From Aplysia californica (taxonomy: Eukaryota), in the NCBI RefSeq assembly GCF_000002075.1, contig NW_004797650.1, forward strand, positions 298,249 to 362,248: a stretch of 64,000 bases of DNA, read 5' to 3'. The notes beneath the pieces are model-generated. The model was not told where the DNA came from and did not search any database. It was given only the letters and a program-made list of their open reading frames with translations. A program made the translations under genes and the position numbers. Numbering within the stretch: position 1 is the first letter of the stretch; each line of letters begins with the position of its first letter. Positions 26,001 through 39,100 of the stretch are shown here, in pieces.

Positions 26001-27679
26001 TTTATTTGACATTTTTTTCCCATTGCAAAAATGTGAGCCTTCATTCTTTGGAAAAACATTCATGGAGGCAAGCAAAAATCTGGCAAAAATACACCATAAC
26101 ATTATCTTCAGTTGAAGAATGGGTATTTGCAGACATAAATGCAGCTGCATCAAGAATGGTGGGCCATGGAGTAATGAGGCTGTACAGCACCACAGAGTTA
26201 TAACCCAAAAGCCTCAATATCGAAGACTGCATAGTCTTTGTAGAGAGAAGGCATAGAAACATGCATTCAGAAGCAATAGTAGCCTCCACCACAGTCCGCC
26301 ATATCTTCATCAACACGCTCTATTCAATGACTATAATTAAAATGCAAAATACAATAGTTGCACTATTCAATTGAATCATGAACAATCAATTCATTCAACT
26401 TTTTTTTACTCGGCTCTCATTCGAAAATCGCTACAAATGTAACGAATTCATTCAGGACTGAAAATAAAATAACATATCACAATCAATCATAACGAAACAG
26501 AAAGAGGGAGCTGACAAAAAAATATAAAAATTAGACAACAAGTACAAACAAAATTAGTCGGGCACAGGTAGATCGAACATGTCGGGGACTGACACATGTG
26601 TTCAACACACCCGTAATTCGAGTATACCATTCAACCATGATAACAAAAAATAAAAGAGATATTGAAGAAAATCAAGGAAAGTATCTGTGAAGGTACAATG
26701 GTCGGAAAATAAATTGTATCCGGTTTTGATAAAAGGATTGAAAGATGGATATTGTGCGTACCTTGTTCAGTGCAGAAGAAAGAAAAAGGAGGAAGGTGAT
26801 GCGGATGAGCCCCAGGACTAAGAAAAGAAAATGTCAAACGACAGATTATGATCATGACGATGTAACCAACAATGGTCAGAGCATGCAAACTACCCCTTTT
26901 GTGTAATCACTTCCCAATCATGATCAAACAACCACACACACATACACAGTTCACACACACATACACAGTTCACACACACATACACAGTTCACACAATGTA
27001 CAGCAGTTGCAAGCGGCATAAAACACTTACCAAACCAAACAAAAAAAGTGAAGAAATTTGTTTACACTACATCCATAGTTGGTAAAACAAAACAACAGTT
27101 GCTTACTGCAAACTGCTCACAGCATGACACTGATATGAAAAGCAAAGAATCTCTTCAGATAAAGGCGCTATGTAGCTCACTTTAAATACTGCTAGTCTCA
27201 TTCTTAAAGAAGAAAAAAATCCACCCAGAGAACCCCAAATTCTACATGGGCTACACTGGCTACCATTTAAAAGCAGTATCATGTCCAAATATTTATGTCT
27301 TTTATTATAAATGTTTAGATAATATTGCACTATTCTAACTCTCAAACACTCTTCAAAAGTATGCACAAGCAAGATGTCTGGGGTCGTCCAGAATGATATA
27401 ATTTTACTTAAACCATTAATGAAGTACAAATTCTATGGGCAGTATTTCTTTTCGCATTATGGTCTTCTGATGTGGAAGGNNNNNNNNNNNNNNNNNNNNN
27501 NNNNNNNNNNNNNNNNNNNNNNNNNNNNNNNNNNNNNNNNNNNNNNNNNNNNNNNNNNNNNNNNNNNNNNNNNNNNNNNNNNNNNNNNNNNNNNNNNNNN
27601 NNNNNNNNNNNNNNNNNNNNNNNNNNNNNNNNNNNNNNNNNNNNNNNNNNNNNNNNAGGGCTCACACCAGCACCGAGGA

Positions 27680-27860
27680 TCACGATGTCTCTTCCGTTGG
27701 GTCCGCTATATCCTCTTCCTTTTCTTGACAAGCTGCATCCTCAGCCGCTGCGGTTTTATTTGAGTCATCCGCCACCTCATCCTCTTTCTTGGACCTCTTG
27801 AAAAAACCTTTCACCTTACTCAACAAACCTTTTCGTTGGCTTGGATCAAGCTTGACAAAG
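27680..27860 (-). CDS. PIGT: PIGT last coding exon
   Basis: [28 protein letters not shown]...EETS*; phase matches the preceding exon. Confidence 0.8.
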
Positions 27861-30587
27861 CTGCAAAGGAATATAATAAAAATATGAGTGGCATTATGAA
27901 AATAAGAAAAAGAAAGAAGAGACGAAAAGTTGACAACGCAATCTAAATTTAAAGACTGAACAAAGTTTTTGGCAAAAGCCAGTTCCTCCGCAAGAGAAAC
28001 AGAATAGGCTGCACAAAGCAACAAATTTTTCTAGACAACAGGATAGTTTATTGTTACCTATAAGAGTTGTTTTAAATCACAAATATATTTACACTGAATT
28101 TTAATATTTTAACATTTTAGCATTTCAAAGTCAATTAGTTAACCAATCGTGCTGTAAACTTTTGCGAAAGTAAACAATTTGTGTTTCGCGCGCTCATATG
28201 ACCTTAGCAGTTGCGAGCGCCGTAAAACCCTGTACTACATACATGCATACAACAGGATAGGAGGTCAAAGGAGAACAATTTAGAGAAAAAAATATTTTTC
28301 TCCTTTGCAGGTTTCAATCCAAAGAACTTTAGACAGAGAGGTGAACACTGTACTTTTAGACTATAAGAGCCCCATATTCAATAGTCAATATGAGAATGAC
28401 ACTCTTGCAATAATACAGCAAATGCAGGTCTAAATACCTTCAAATACTTTGTATTTATATCAAGACCTCTGAGAGCAAAAAAAAGTTACATCCCAACACA
28501 AGAGAGAGCTTAGTCTTACCGACGGGTGGTGAGGTTGTGGATACTGCCAAAGGCAATAGCAACCACTGTGCAGGCCAAGCAGATGACGTTGTACGGCATG
28601 GAGAAGTCAGGGGTGGGCAGAGAGACCACCAAGCTCTCTGAGTGTACACGGACTAAGTAAGACGAAGAATTGTCATTCAGGCTGAGGAAAAATAAAGAGG
28701 GAGGCAGCTCAGAGCTAGATTACTTGAACACCTGGGCTTGTGACCGTGAATTTCTCAAGCTTGAGTATTTATTAACTCCTACAAATGAAAACCTGTGACC
28801 ATGAATTTCTCAAGCTTGAGTATTTCTTAACTCCTACAAATAAAAACCTGTGACCGTAAATTTCTCATGCTCAAATATCTCCCTCACAATTCCCACAGCT
28901 GCAACGACAAATTTTGGGATACAGAAAAGACTCAGAGTATTGCAAATTCCACAGTAGTCTATGTGTACAGTTTAATACAGCTTTACCTGAGCTTTCCTTA
29001 ACCCTTTAACAGATCCATGCCACAAGTACATAATACCTGACCTACATCATTTTGACTCCCTCAGAAATGGAAACATTACTGCCTGACTTTTGAAATTGCA
29101 GATGTTAGTCTTCAGAGTTAAAGACAGACCAGACAGGTATGTATATGTGGTCATCTTATATTATACATTAAAACTGAGTAAAAAAGGACACCAAACTGAC
29201 AAAGTTTGATATAACACAAAACCCTTACATGGTATCAAGCTTGGAGAAATAGAGAGGTGGGGCACTGTACTGTCGAGATGTTGGAAGCATGGAGGATATC
29301 ACGGCAGAGCCGATGTAAAATCCGTGATTCGCATCTGGAGGGTACTCGGTCCACTTGAGGAATGCGCGAGTGAAAGAGAAGCTGACACGAGTCACAGAGT
29401 GAGGCCACAGGTTGAACGAGAGCTCGAGATGGTAGGGGCGGACGCGGTCTTTGGCTGGTGTGAAGTGGACTTTGACTGAAAAGGAAAGCGCAGTCAGTTG
29501 TGTAAGGTTTACAACACTCGCTGTCAATTTTCCAAACATGATGCAGTCATGAGGGTGGATGACACATAGTCATTAAACGGCTTGAAAGAAATTGAAAAAT
29601 TGAGGAAAGAGAAATTATCCGCGATGTGAAGACCAAAATGCTGTAGAGTATTTGTAACTGCTGCTTCATCCACAAAAAGTCCCATTGGAAATTTATGGGG
29701 AATGAAAAAATATCTCAAAAAAGATTACACAATGATTTCAAAGAATCAAAAGTCATTTATGCGAATATTTTAAAAACATAATTTTTTTCAAAGTCTTCCT
29801 GTATTCTGTTGGCCTGAAACCACTCCAGTTTGGTTGCAGCTGTGAAGGGTTGAATCAACATGAATTAATTATCCTAAAAAAGCACTATTCTAGACAGTAA
29901 CAGTTCTCCATCAAGTTTCCAGGCAGTCAAGTATGACTTCATACATATTTTGCAAGGAACATATTAAGACCAAAAATCACCAACACAGAAGACAGAAGGA
30001 ACATGTAACACACCAGTACCAACCAACCACAAGCCTGTATCAGAAGGGCACCAAGAAAGCAAAACAACACTCTAACAAAATAAAAAGCGCAAACACTCAC
30101 AGGGCACATCTAGACCATTATTTTGAACCGTCAAGGAGTTGAAGAAAACTCGGGTGAACCAGGGTAGCACATCCATGTAGATCACAGTCTGATTCCTATC
30201 CAGAGTGTTGGTGATCAGACAGCTCACACCTCCGTCCTCTAGACCATACCCTGCAGAGCCAACAACAGAGGTGAGTCAAGTCATAAGGAAAATTGCCTCT
30301 CTGCCCAATGATTGTTCTCTATTACTTAATTAATTCTCTTCAAACAATAATTGGGCATAAAGCCTCCATCATAAATCATCATTTCTTTCTCAAACAACTG
30401 TAACCAGACCTGCCACTCTATGAAATCTCAAAATCAGGATCTCAGCAGGGAAAAAATCGGGATTTGGTCAAAAATAAAAAAACCCAACAGGATCAACAGC
30501 AAATCACCACGGTGACTACACAGACTTACACATTTTTCGGGGGTGTCCATAACTGTAAGCCCTTTGTGCGTGTTTGTTTGTTTGTTT

Positions 30588-30636
<49 letters not shown>

Positions 30637-33118
30637 ATTATTATTTTTTTTAAATCTTGAAGCATCACGTCAAGCACTCATAGTCCAAGTGTCTAACCCT
30701 CCCCCCACCCCCCACCAGTAACAAACAAATCTCCACAAGTCCCAAAAGACACTAGAACCAGCGTGCATGAACTTAAGTTGACCCCATCAACGGACGGTCC
30801 CCTACACACGTGGAACTCATACCCCAAAGTCATGTCACGTAATGCGAACGGGCCATTGAAAGTTTTATTGACCAGCTCGGTATACCGGGAGCCCATTGCG
30901 GGTCGGGCCGATCGCCCTACTCGTCGCCAGAAAACAAATGCGTTTGTTTTTGAGGCGTGATCGGCTTGTGCCACAATAGCCGCTTTGCGCCCTCAATCTG
31001 GCTAGCAAACCGACCCGACCCGATCCCCCGATGGGCACCCAACCACTCAGACAAGCGACAGTCGTTCTAGGCTAATGATAACGGCCGACTAACCGAATGT
31101 ACCAACAAATCCCTTTTCCCTCATAGGCATTCAGACCAAGGCGATGACAACGGCCAAGTTTTAGTTTAGCCAGCCCAGTCAGTTGTGTAAGGTTTAGAAT
31201 GACTTTCGCTCGTCTGAGTGTTTGGTGTGAACACACGGTCACTAGACCTCGGACGACGCTTGCTTTGAAAGTAACTGCAAAACTACCAATATTATCGATT
31301 ATTTGTATGTCGCAGTTGTCACAGTTATAAGGCTATCATCGGAGTATTCTGAGTGCGGGCAAAGTTCAAACACATCTTGGAACAAGTTAGCTACTAAATC
31401 CGGCATCGATATTTGGGAAAATAATGCTCCGAGTTCCTATCGACATAAAGTAAAATGGGTGCTTCCCAAAATAGAGAAGAAGGCAGAGTAAGTCTTTCGA
31501 AAAATCCGGCGCAACAGTAGACTGGAACAAAAATTCAGGACACATGTGATGAAAATTGGGATGCTTGAGATTAGGGGCAAAAAGTTGGGATATCCCCACT
31601 AAATTGGGATGAGTGGCAGGTCTGTGTAACTAAAAATAAGTACCAAATTTCACTAAAACTCAAATTTTAGCAACTCAGAATCTTAAAAAAAGACCTATAT
31701 TAGCATTTTCCACCTGTGATGTATCTGTGCGCATGGATGGGTGGTGGGTCCAACTCTTTCACTTTCGACGGGTCATTATATGTGCCTGCTATGTTCAAAC
31801 CACGGCCAACTTCAGTAAAAGAGCGTACATTATAGACTGAATATGTGTGCTGCCCAGTGCCTCTGGTCACTGTGTGAGTCCATGTTGGTGTGGGTGTCAG
31901 TCTATACGCTGGAGATGCCTGTGGAATAGAATCACACATAATAATCAAATATCGCACCAGACTGAAGAAAAAGAATGTTAATAGACAATACGAAAAGTTT
32001 TCTGTTTTAAGGAAATAAAATATTGGAAAAAACCGTACACATCAATAAAACAGAAACCAAAAGTCCTTTATTATTCACAGAACAATAGAAATATAATATC
32101 TTCATAATGTACTTTTAAAGCTTAAACTGAATTATTAGTTGAACATGTATTATCTGAACAGGGAAAAGGGGGCTCTTGTGGCCTAGAGGTTAAGGTGTTC
32201 GCCTCTTATTCAAAGGTCCCAGGTTCGAATCTGGGTAGCGACCAAAAAATTTTCTTCTCTAAATTTGTCTCCTTTCACATCCTTTCCTACTTTCTAGCAA
32301 TGTTCTTTCGTCTGCTTTCGTCTCCTCTTTCTGCCCCCCACCCCTTCACCTCCTTTGCCCCCTCCTGTGGGCTCCTGATTCTTTCTGCAGCCTTTCTACT
32401 GCTACTCATTGGCTTCTTCTTACTGCTGTCTTTCAGCCACACCCTGATCTTCTGGTAGGAAAGATCTACACCTAGCCTTCTCGGACAAGGGCGAAAAATC
32501 TCGGAGGTCCCGTGTGAAAGCTGTGCAAGTTAAAGATCCTTTGGTGGTCTAAAATCGATAAGAGTAGGCTTCGGCCGCCACCCGGGCAAAATTCAAAATT
32601 TCCTTCCAACTGAAAAAGTTTAGTGCGTCCCGCGCGCTCATACGACCTTATGCAGTTGCGAGCGCCGTAAAACACTTACAAAAACAAAAAAACAAGAACA
32701 GGGAAAAATTTTGACACCAAAATCAAAATCTCCAAAATTAGTTAATGTAATGGGTAGATATTTTTCAAATAATACTTTAGTTTATACCTATTCCATCTAG
32801 GAAAACAAAATGTACTTATTTTCACAATCACACTAAAAGAAGGTTGTATCTTGCTCAGTGGTAGCTTACCTCATTGTCAGTAGTTTCAACCATAATACTT
32901 GTCTTACTAGCAATTGGGCAAGCAGACGCCAGGTGGTTACCAAAAAGACTTCTGAGAGACCAATCTGAGCAACACGAAAAGCAAAACATTTGTAGACAAT
33001 GGTGGAAAAAAAAAGTCGTCGTCAAAAAAAGGCCGTACGGAGGTACATTGGATGGGGCTCAATAAACAAACACATACAAACATACATTGACGATCCTAAA
33101 TCAAGAGAGAGAGAGAGG

Positions 33119-33159
<41 letters not shown>

Positions 33160-36100
33160 CAAGCTATACAAAAGTGCACAAAACAAGTAGGACATAAAGG
33201 CAGAGTCACAGAGATCAAATTTAAGGATAATGGGAGTGCTTACTTTGGGTGTCAGCTCCAAGACAAAATAGATACACACAAAAAAAAACCCAAAACAAAA
33301 CAAAGCTGAAAGAATGTAGGCTAAAAAAAACGAAAGGAAAGAAAAGAAAACGAAACAAAAAATGAGATGAAACACATTAACGTGTACTTGAACCTTCGTA
33401 TTGATGGCAACAGAATCCGGCACAGCACGAAATCAATGCTTATTGAGGCGTCGTATAAAAGTAATCTGATCAGATATGATGTAAGATCTGACATTTAGAA
33501 TTCTTTNNNNNNNNNNNNNNNNNNNNNNNNNNNNNNNNNNNNNNNNNNNNNNNNNNNNNNNNNNNNNNNNNNNNNNNNNNNNNNNNNNNNNNNNNNNNNN
33601 NNNNNNNNNNNNNNNNNNNNNNNNNNNNNNNNNNNNNNNNNNNNNNNNNNNNNNNNNNNNNNNNNNNNNNNNNNNNNNNNNNNNNNNNNNNNNNNNNNNN
33701 NNNNNNNNNNNNNNNNNNNNNNNNNNNNNNNNNNNNNNNNNNNNNNNNNNNNNNNNNNNNNNNNNNNNNNNNNNNNNNNNNNNNNNNNNNNNNNNNNNNN
33801 NNNNNNNNNNNNNNNNNNNNNNNNNNNNNNNNNNNNNNNNNNNNNNNNNNNNNNNNNNNNNNNNNNNNNNNNNNNNNNNNNNNNNNNNNNNNNNNNNNNN
33901 NNNNNNNNNNNNNNNNNNNNNNNNNNNNNNNNNNNNNNNNNNNNNNNNNNNNNNNNNNNNNNNNNNNNNNNNNNNNNNNNNNNNNNNNNNNNNNNNNNNN
34001 NNNNNNNNNNNNNNNNNNNNNNNNNNNNNNNNNNNNNNNNNNNNNNNNNNNNNNNNNNNNNNNNNNNNNNNNNNNNNNNNNNNNNNNNNNNNNNNNNNNN
34101 NNNNNNNNNNNNNNNNNNNNNNNNNNNNNNNNNNNNNNNNNNNNNNNNNNNNNNNNNNNNNNNNNNNNNNNNNNNNNNNNNNNNNNNNNNNNNNNNNNNN
34201 NNNNNNNNNNNNNNNNNNNNNNNNNCCCCCCAACAGGGCAGTGCTTCTGACTGAAGTTGTCTTTAGGCATTCCTAAAGGGGGGATATAAACATTTCTTAT
34301 GCACAGCAGAATCGTAAATGGGTTGATTAATCAATGTCATGCTCATACTGTGCCTGAACAACATAGGGGGAACTGTTGCTTTTTCTTTCCTCATTCTTAC
34401 TATCGTCATTTTTCCTCTACTTCTTTTGTATGTTTGTCACTCTCTTGTGAACTGTTATTTCCAGGGTGCCTTGATAGTCGAAGCAGACTTTGTGCTGCTG
34501 AGGCTAGAGAGGTGAGCAGAGTAAGCCTGATTCCTCGTTTCGACTTCTCTGTTGGCATCCACCCCTCGGCACTCATATGACCGTATGCAGTTGCGAGCGC
34601 CGTAAAACCTTACTATATTAAACTAAACAAAAGACCTGAAACTAATTCTGATATGAAAATGTATGTACATTCCTAAAAACTCACAGCACAAATTGGCCGC
34701 ACATGAAGACCAAGAGAATGATAATTCGCATCATGGAAGTGAAAGGCGTTGAACAAAGTTGATAAACCAGCCTGAAAAAGAATGGTTAAGAATCACACTT
34801 TGAATAAACTCCTACAAATACAAATTCTCTCAACTTCAAATATTAACTCTTCAACCACTGTGTGTCTAAAAAAAATCTGAGAAAGTCAGTAAGCTCTGAC
34901 AAAAATTAAATATGGTTCTTTTCATATTACCTTGTGGTGCTATTTCTTCAAGATTTCTTTTATCATTAAATTCTTGATAAATCTTATTTACCGATAAAAT
35001 TTAAAGTAAATTACTGACAGTTGAAAATAATACAATAATGATCCAGAAATGGTATATCTTTAAACTTCATAGCAAAGAAAGTCATCCCCAAAAAGCAATG
35101 TACCTTGGAGTCACAAGGCAGCAATTTTTTCCACGGTGTCAAGTTCTCAGTACAGACAATCTCTCTGGGCAGAGTGCCATAGCGCACAAAATGAGAGGAC
35201 ACAGAATAACCCTGAGGGGCAAGTCCTGCTGGTCTAAAACTCCAGCGTGGGGCAATCGTGCTCCGTGAGTCCAGGAAGTTGAGAGAAGAACAAAACAGAC
35301 CCGAGACAGCATTAACCAGTTCAGTCCAGGCCTTGTCCACACTGAGAAGAAAATTAAAGCACACAGCAGAAATATAACAAATCGTTTGTGGAATCATAAG
35401 CATATAATAGTGGGAAAAATATCCTAAAATGTACGGTTTAATAGCATTTATGTCAGAATATTAAAAGAGCGTTTATTTAGCTTTTTCTTCCAAACATCCT
35501 GAGCCAAAACATGTAAGCTTGAGTGAAGACTGAGCACTGATCGTTGCAAAAAGAAAGAAAAGAGAGACATTGAGAAAGGTCACAGAGAAGACAAGTGTCC
35601 ATTTGGATGGAGGCAGGGAAGACAGCCCAGAACCGACACAGATTTATAAGACTGGTAAATGGTACACTATGTTAAGTAGGGAGCCACAGGTCAAAGTCAA
35701 GTAAGTAAACAGTTAAATAAAGTTTACCTATATACATATATGAGGGTGCGGTGGCAGAGCGGTTAGTGCGCTTGTCTCTGAAGCGGAAAGTCCGGGTTCG
35801 AGCCTCGGTTCAGACACTGATTTTTTTCGCCCCCTCCTGCCCACCCAGCAGTAATGGGTACCTGACTTCCAGTTGGGGAAGTAAAAGCGGCATGGAAAGG
35901 AACTGGCCACCCTACCACAATATGCCAAAGGCCCAGGAAGTTGTCTCACTAACAAGGCAATCCCCAATGTCCGGATCGGAAGCGGGAACAACTTTACTTT
36001 TACTTTATATACACATATATTTCAGTAATCAATATATGGCATTGATTAAATACAACACTAATATTCTGTACTGCTTACTCTTTCACACTTGGTCTGAACC

Positions 36101-39100
36101 ACACCCATAACTCAGCTCCTGGTGGGGCATCATGGACTGGATAACCCCATTGCTTGTGTCGCCAAAGACCTTGAGTCTGTGACAAGTGAAGCTCCTGCAC
36201 ATTGTACCGAGATAAAACTTCTCCCAAAGCTTTAGGAAACAGATGAAAGTGATGAACTGAAATAAAAATAAAGAGGTTGTAAAAGAAATATCCTATTATA
36301 ACGTATGTACTTTTCTGATATAACACAAATATCGTAGTAGTTTTCATGCTGTATTGGTCTACATATCATGTCTGTGACATTAGCAGACATTGTGCGTTTC
36401 AAGTAAAATTAGCTACAGTCGAGCAAAGATAATGCGAACTTTGAGTTCATGGATAGCTTGAACGATATGTTATTCCTCAACAGAGCCGCTATATTTTTTT
36501 GGTATTGTCAGCACTGTTTTCTTAAACACCTGCATCAGTGTGTTGAACAGCTCATCTCGAAAAGCCTGACCATTTCCTCAAAACTGTGTTGAATTCAAAT
36601 CACACTGGGTGCATGGTGGGAAAACAATCTCACCCATCATCATTCACACTATCAGGTTACATGAGCTCACCAGACTCGCTCCTGCATAGTGTGACACACA
36701 TACAGAATGTGTCAAGACATATCATTGCTCAATACCTGTAGTGTGTGTAAGGTATAAGAACTTCCTCTTAAAATCTAGTCATGTGAGGGTGGGTGCTAGG
36801 TGATGGGATTTGATCAAAGGAAGGCAGTGTGGTGCTGTACTGGGCCATATGATACGTGAATTGTACTTGTGTGCATGTGTGTATAGTGTATGTGTGGTTG
36901 TTTGAACATGAAGGCATGGATCCGGATGTGATTACACAAGAAGGGTGGGTGGTATGGCCATTAAAACCGTCGCAAATAAATCATTTTCGAGAAATTTTCA
37001 AACCTAATTGCAAAAATATCAAATTATTGGGAAATATAGGAGGGTGACTTGAACCCGCTGAAACCCCCCAGATTTCTTCAAAGTTACAGAATGACACATT
37101 GAGGAATGCAGTGGTCTGTCTCCACCTAAGATTCTATCACTTACAGATACCGGTTTGCTTAAAAGGTCCTGCTGTTTTAAGAAAACATAATTTTTAGTAC
37201 ACAAAAGTCAACACTAAGACCCCAATCTGAAGGATAATATTTGGTGAAGATTCCGCATTTAACATCATAATTTCCTGAACAAAAACTCGGGCAGGTGCAG
37301 TTGATTATGATCAGCCATGCAGTGAAAAAATTGTGATCGTTGTACTGCCCGTTGGTTGCACCACAGATCATCCACTCTCGTGAATGTGACTACAGCTCCG
37401 TAACAAATCTTGATGAAACGATAATGTTTGGAATGTTTGGCCAAAATGGGATCACACTGAGGTGAGAACTCGTTGAGACATTTGAATTCCCCACACATTA
37501 CACTCATATAGATCTGAGCTCTCCACCTGAACTTACATCACAAGGGGGATGGGTAGGCCTACAAGTCCACATCAAAAGGGATCACACCGAACTATTTTGG
37601 ACAGGTAAAGAGAAGTAGAAATGGGAACGGCGTAAATCTTGAGACTCATGATTGGATAAGTGAAAATTGCATGCCTATGCCTTTGTGATTGGTCATCAAG
37701 GTTGACAGCTCTTTGCTCGCCATAAGTCATAAACCCACCCAAGGGAAACGTCACTGGTACATTTCAGTTGATTTCAGAGCAAGGATAGACTATTATTTCA
37801 CCGATTGTGGGCATGATGAGCCACCATGGATTCCCCCCTTGGTGCATTGGATAAGATCCTATTTGCATAAGATTCCGCAGTTTCCTTGCTCCCAAGCACC
37901 GGGATCTCAGGCAGACCACTGTGTATATATACAGTTTGGCTTGATGATAGAGTTTTAATAGAAACCATCAAATATTTTTAAAACTAATAACACTTTGCAA
38001 CAAATATAAAGTCGAAAATCAAGTAAATTGGACAAAGGCGAACCAGAAAACTACAATTCAATACCTGGTCCTATAAATAAAAGTTTATTCAAAGTTAAGG
38101 GCCGTTGCCATTGGCCCACATCACATACACACATTTTATAGAAGAGACTTCCGTGATAATGGCAAAAATCACAAATGACATATATATGATACAACATTTC
38201 AAATTCATGTTGTGTTAAAAAGTAAGTCTTACTCCATAAAAAAATAATAAAACTGGAATGAAGGCTTTATAATTTAGGCCACAGGATACTCTCACCTCTG
38301 GTGAGAATAGTTCATGACCCGATATTCTCACCCACACCCCTGACCCCTCGCAGGCTGATAAAATCACCTAGGCCCAAGGTGGCTTACCGCATGTGGTTGG
38401 GAAATAACTCACGAGTGCTTGGCGCTTCAAGTTTCCTCATGTAGGCCAACTACTGATTAGGCTACCGTTGGCGTAGCCCCTCAATTTAAAAAAAAAAAAA
38501 ATCAAATAGCCTTCTAGATCTAGATTCTAGAGCAGTATCTATGATATGAATAGATGATCTAGAAAACATGTTTCCAGGCGCGCACTCTGTACACCAACAG
38601 TACACACTGAGTGAGAGTGACCCCGGAACGTCCGACGTAATCGGTTGCTGATAATCGCATCTCAGCACAGACGCAGGAAAAGAGTTAATATAATGGTATT
38701 TTTATAGAATCACAACTACTGCTAGATCTATAGATTCTAGGTCTTCTAATCCAGATATCTAGATCTAGATTAGATTTCTAAACTAGATTAGAATAGATTT
38801 CTTGTCTAGAATGGCCACCTCTATTCTCATCCGGAGTGAGAATAGTGCAGGCGAGTCTTGTGGCTATTCTCACCCGGTGCGCGTTCACCAAATTTTGCGT
38901 TCACCCTTAACCACAGAATTCTACACTGTGACAACAGAAAAATTGTAGAATTCTGTGCCGTGAACAAACGTTCCATTACAACTGTAGCCTACTAAAAGCG
39001 TACAATTTTTTCTGTGGGCAGTGGAGAGAGAGAGAGAAAGAGAGAGAGGAGTAGCGCGAGAATTTCCGGGCAAAACAAAATGGCGACCCGCGTAGTTCGG

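Noticed and set aside
26470-27045. Possible old LINE remnant and degraded stem-loop tail
   Set aside because: Too diverged to define ends or motifs.
32168-32245. tRNA-like sequences with A/B boxes (also 3190, 35742, 53445, 56335, 60945)
   Set aside because: They are SINE heads: no complete cloverleaf, followed by repeat bodies, LINE-like tails and in some cases TSDs.
33433-34270. Long ORFs in the ORF track (also 39-683 tail, 27374-27801, 43087-43503)
   Set aside because: Artefacts of N runs.
34226-34275. Acceptor-like ccccctttag on the minus strand as the start of the missing PIGT exon
   Set aside because: Translation [15 protein letters not shown] does not convincingly match PIG-T and runs into the gap.
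34505-34580. HDV-like ribozyme (possible P1 GAGAGGT/ACTTCTC and TTCCTCG loop)
   Set aside because: L3 is too long, there is no GG for P1.1 and no C-x-A J4/2 strand; a simple long hairpin explains the pairing better.
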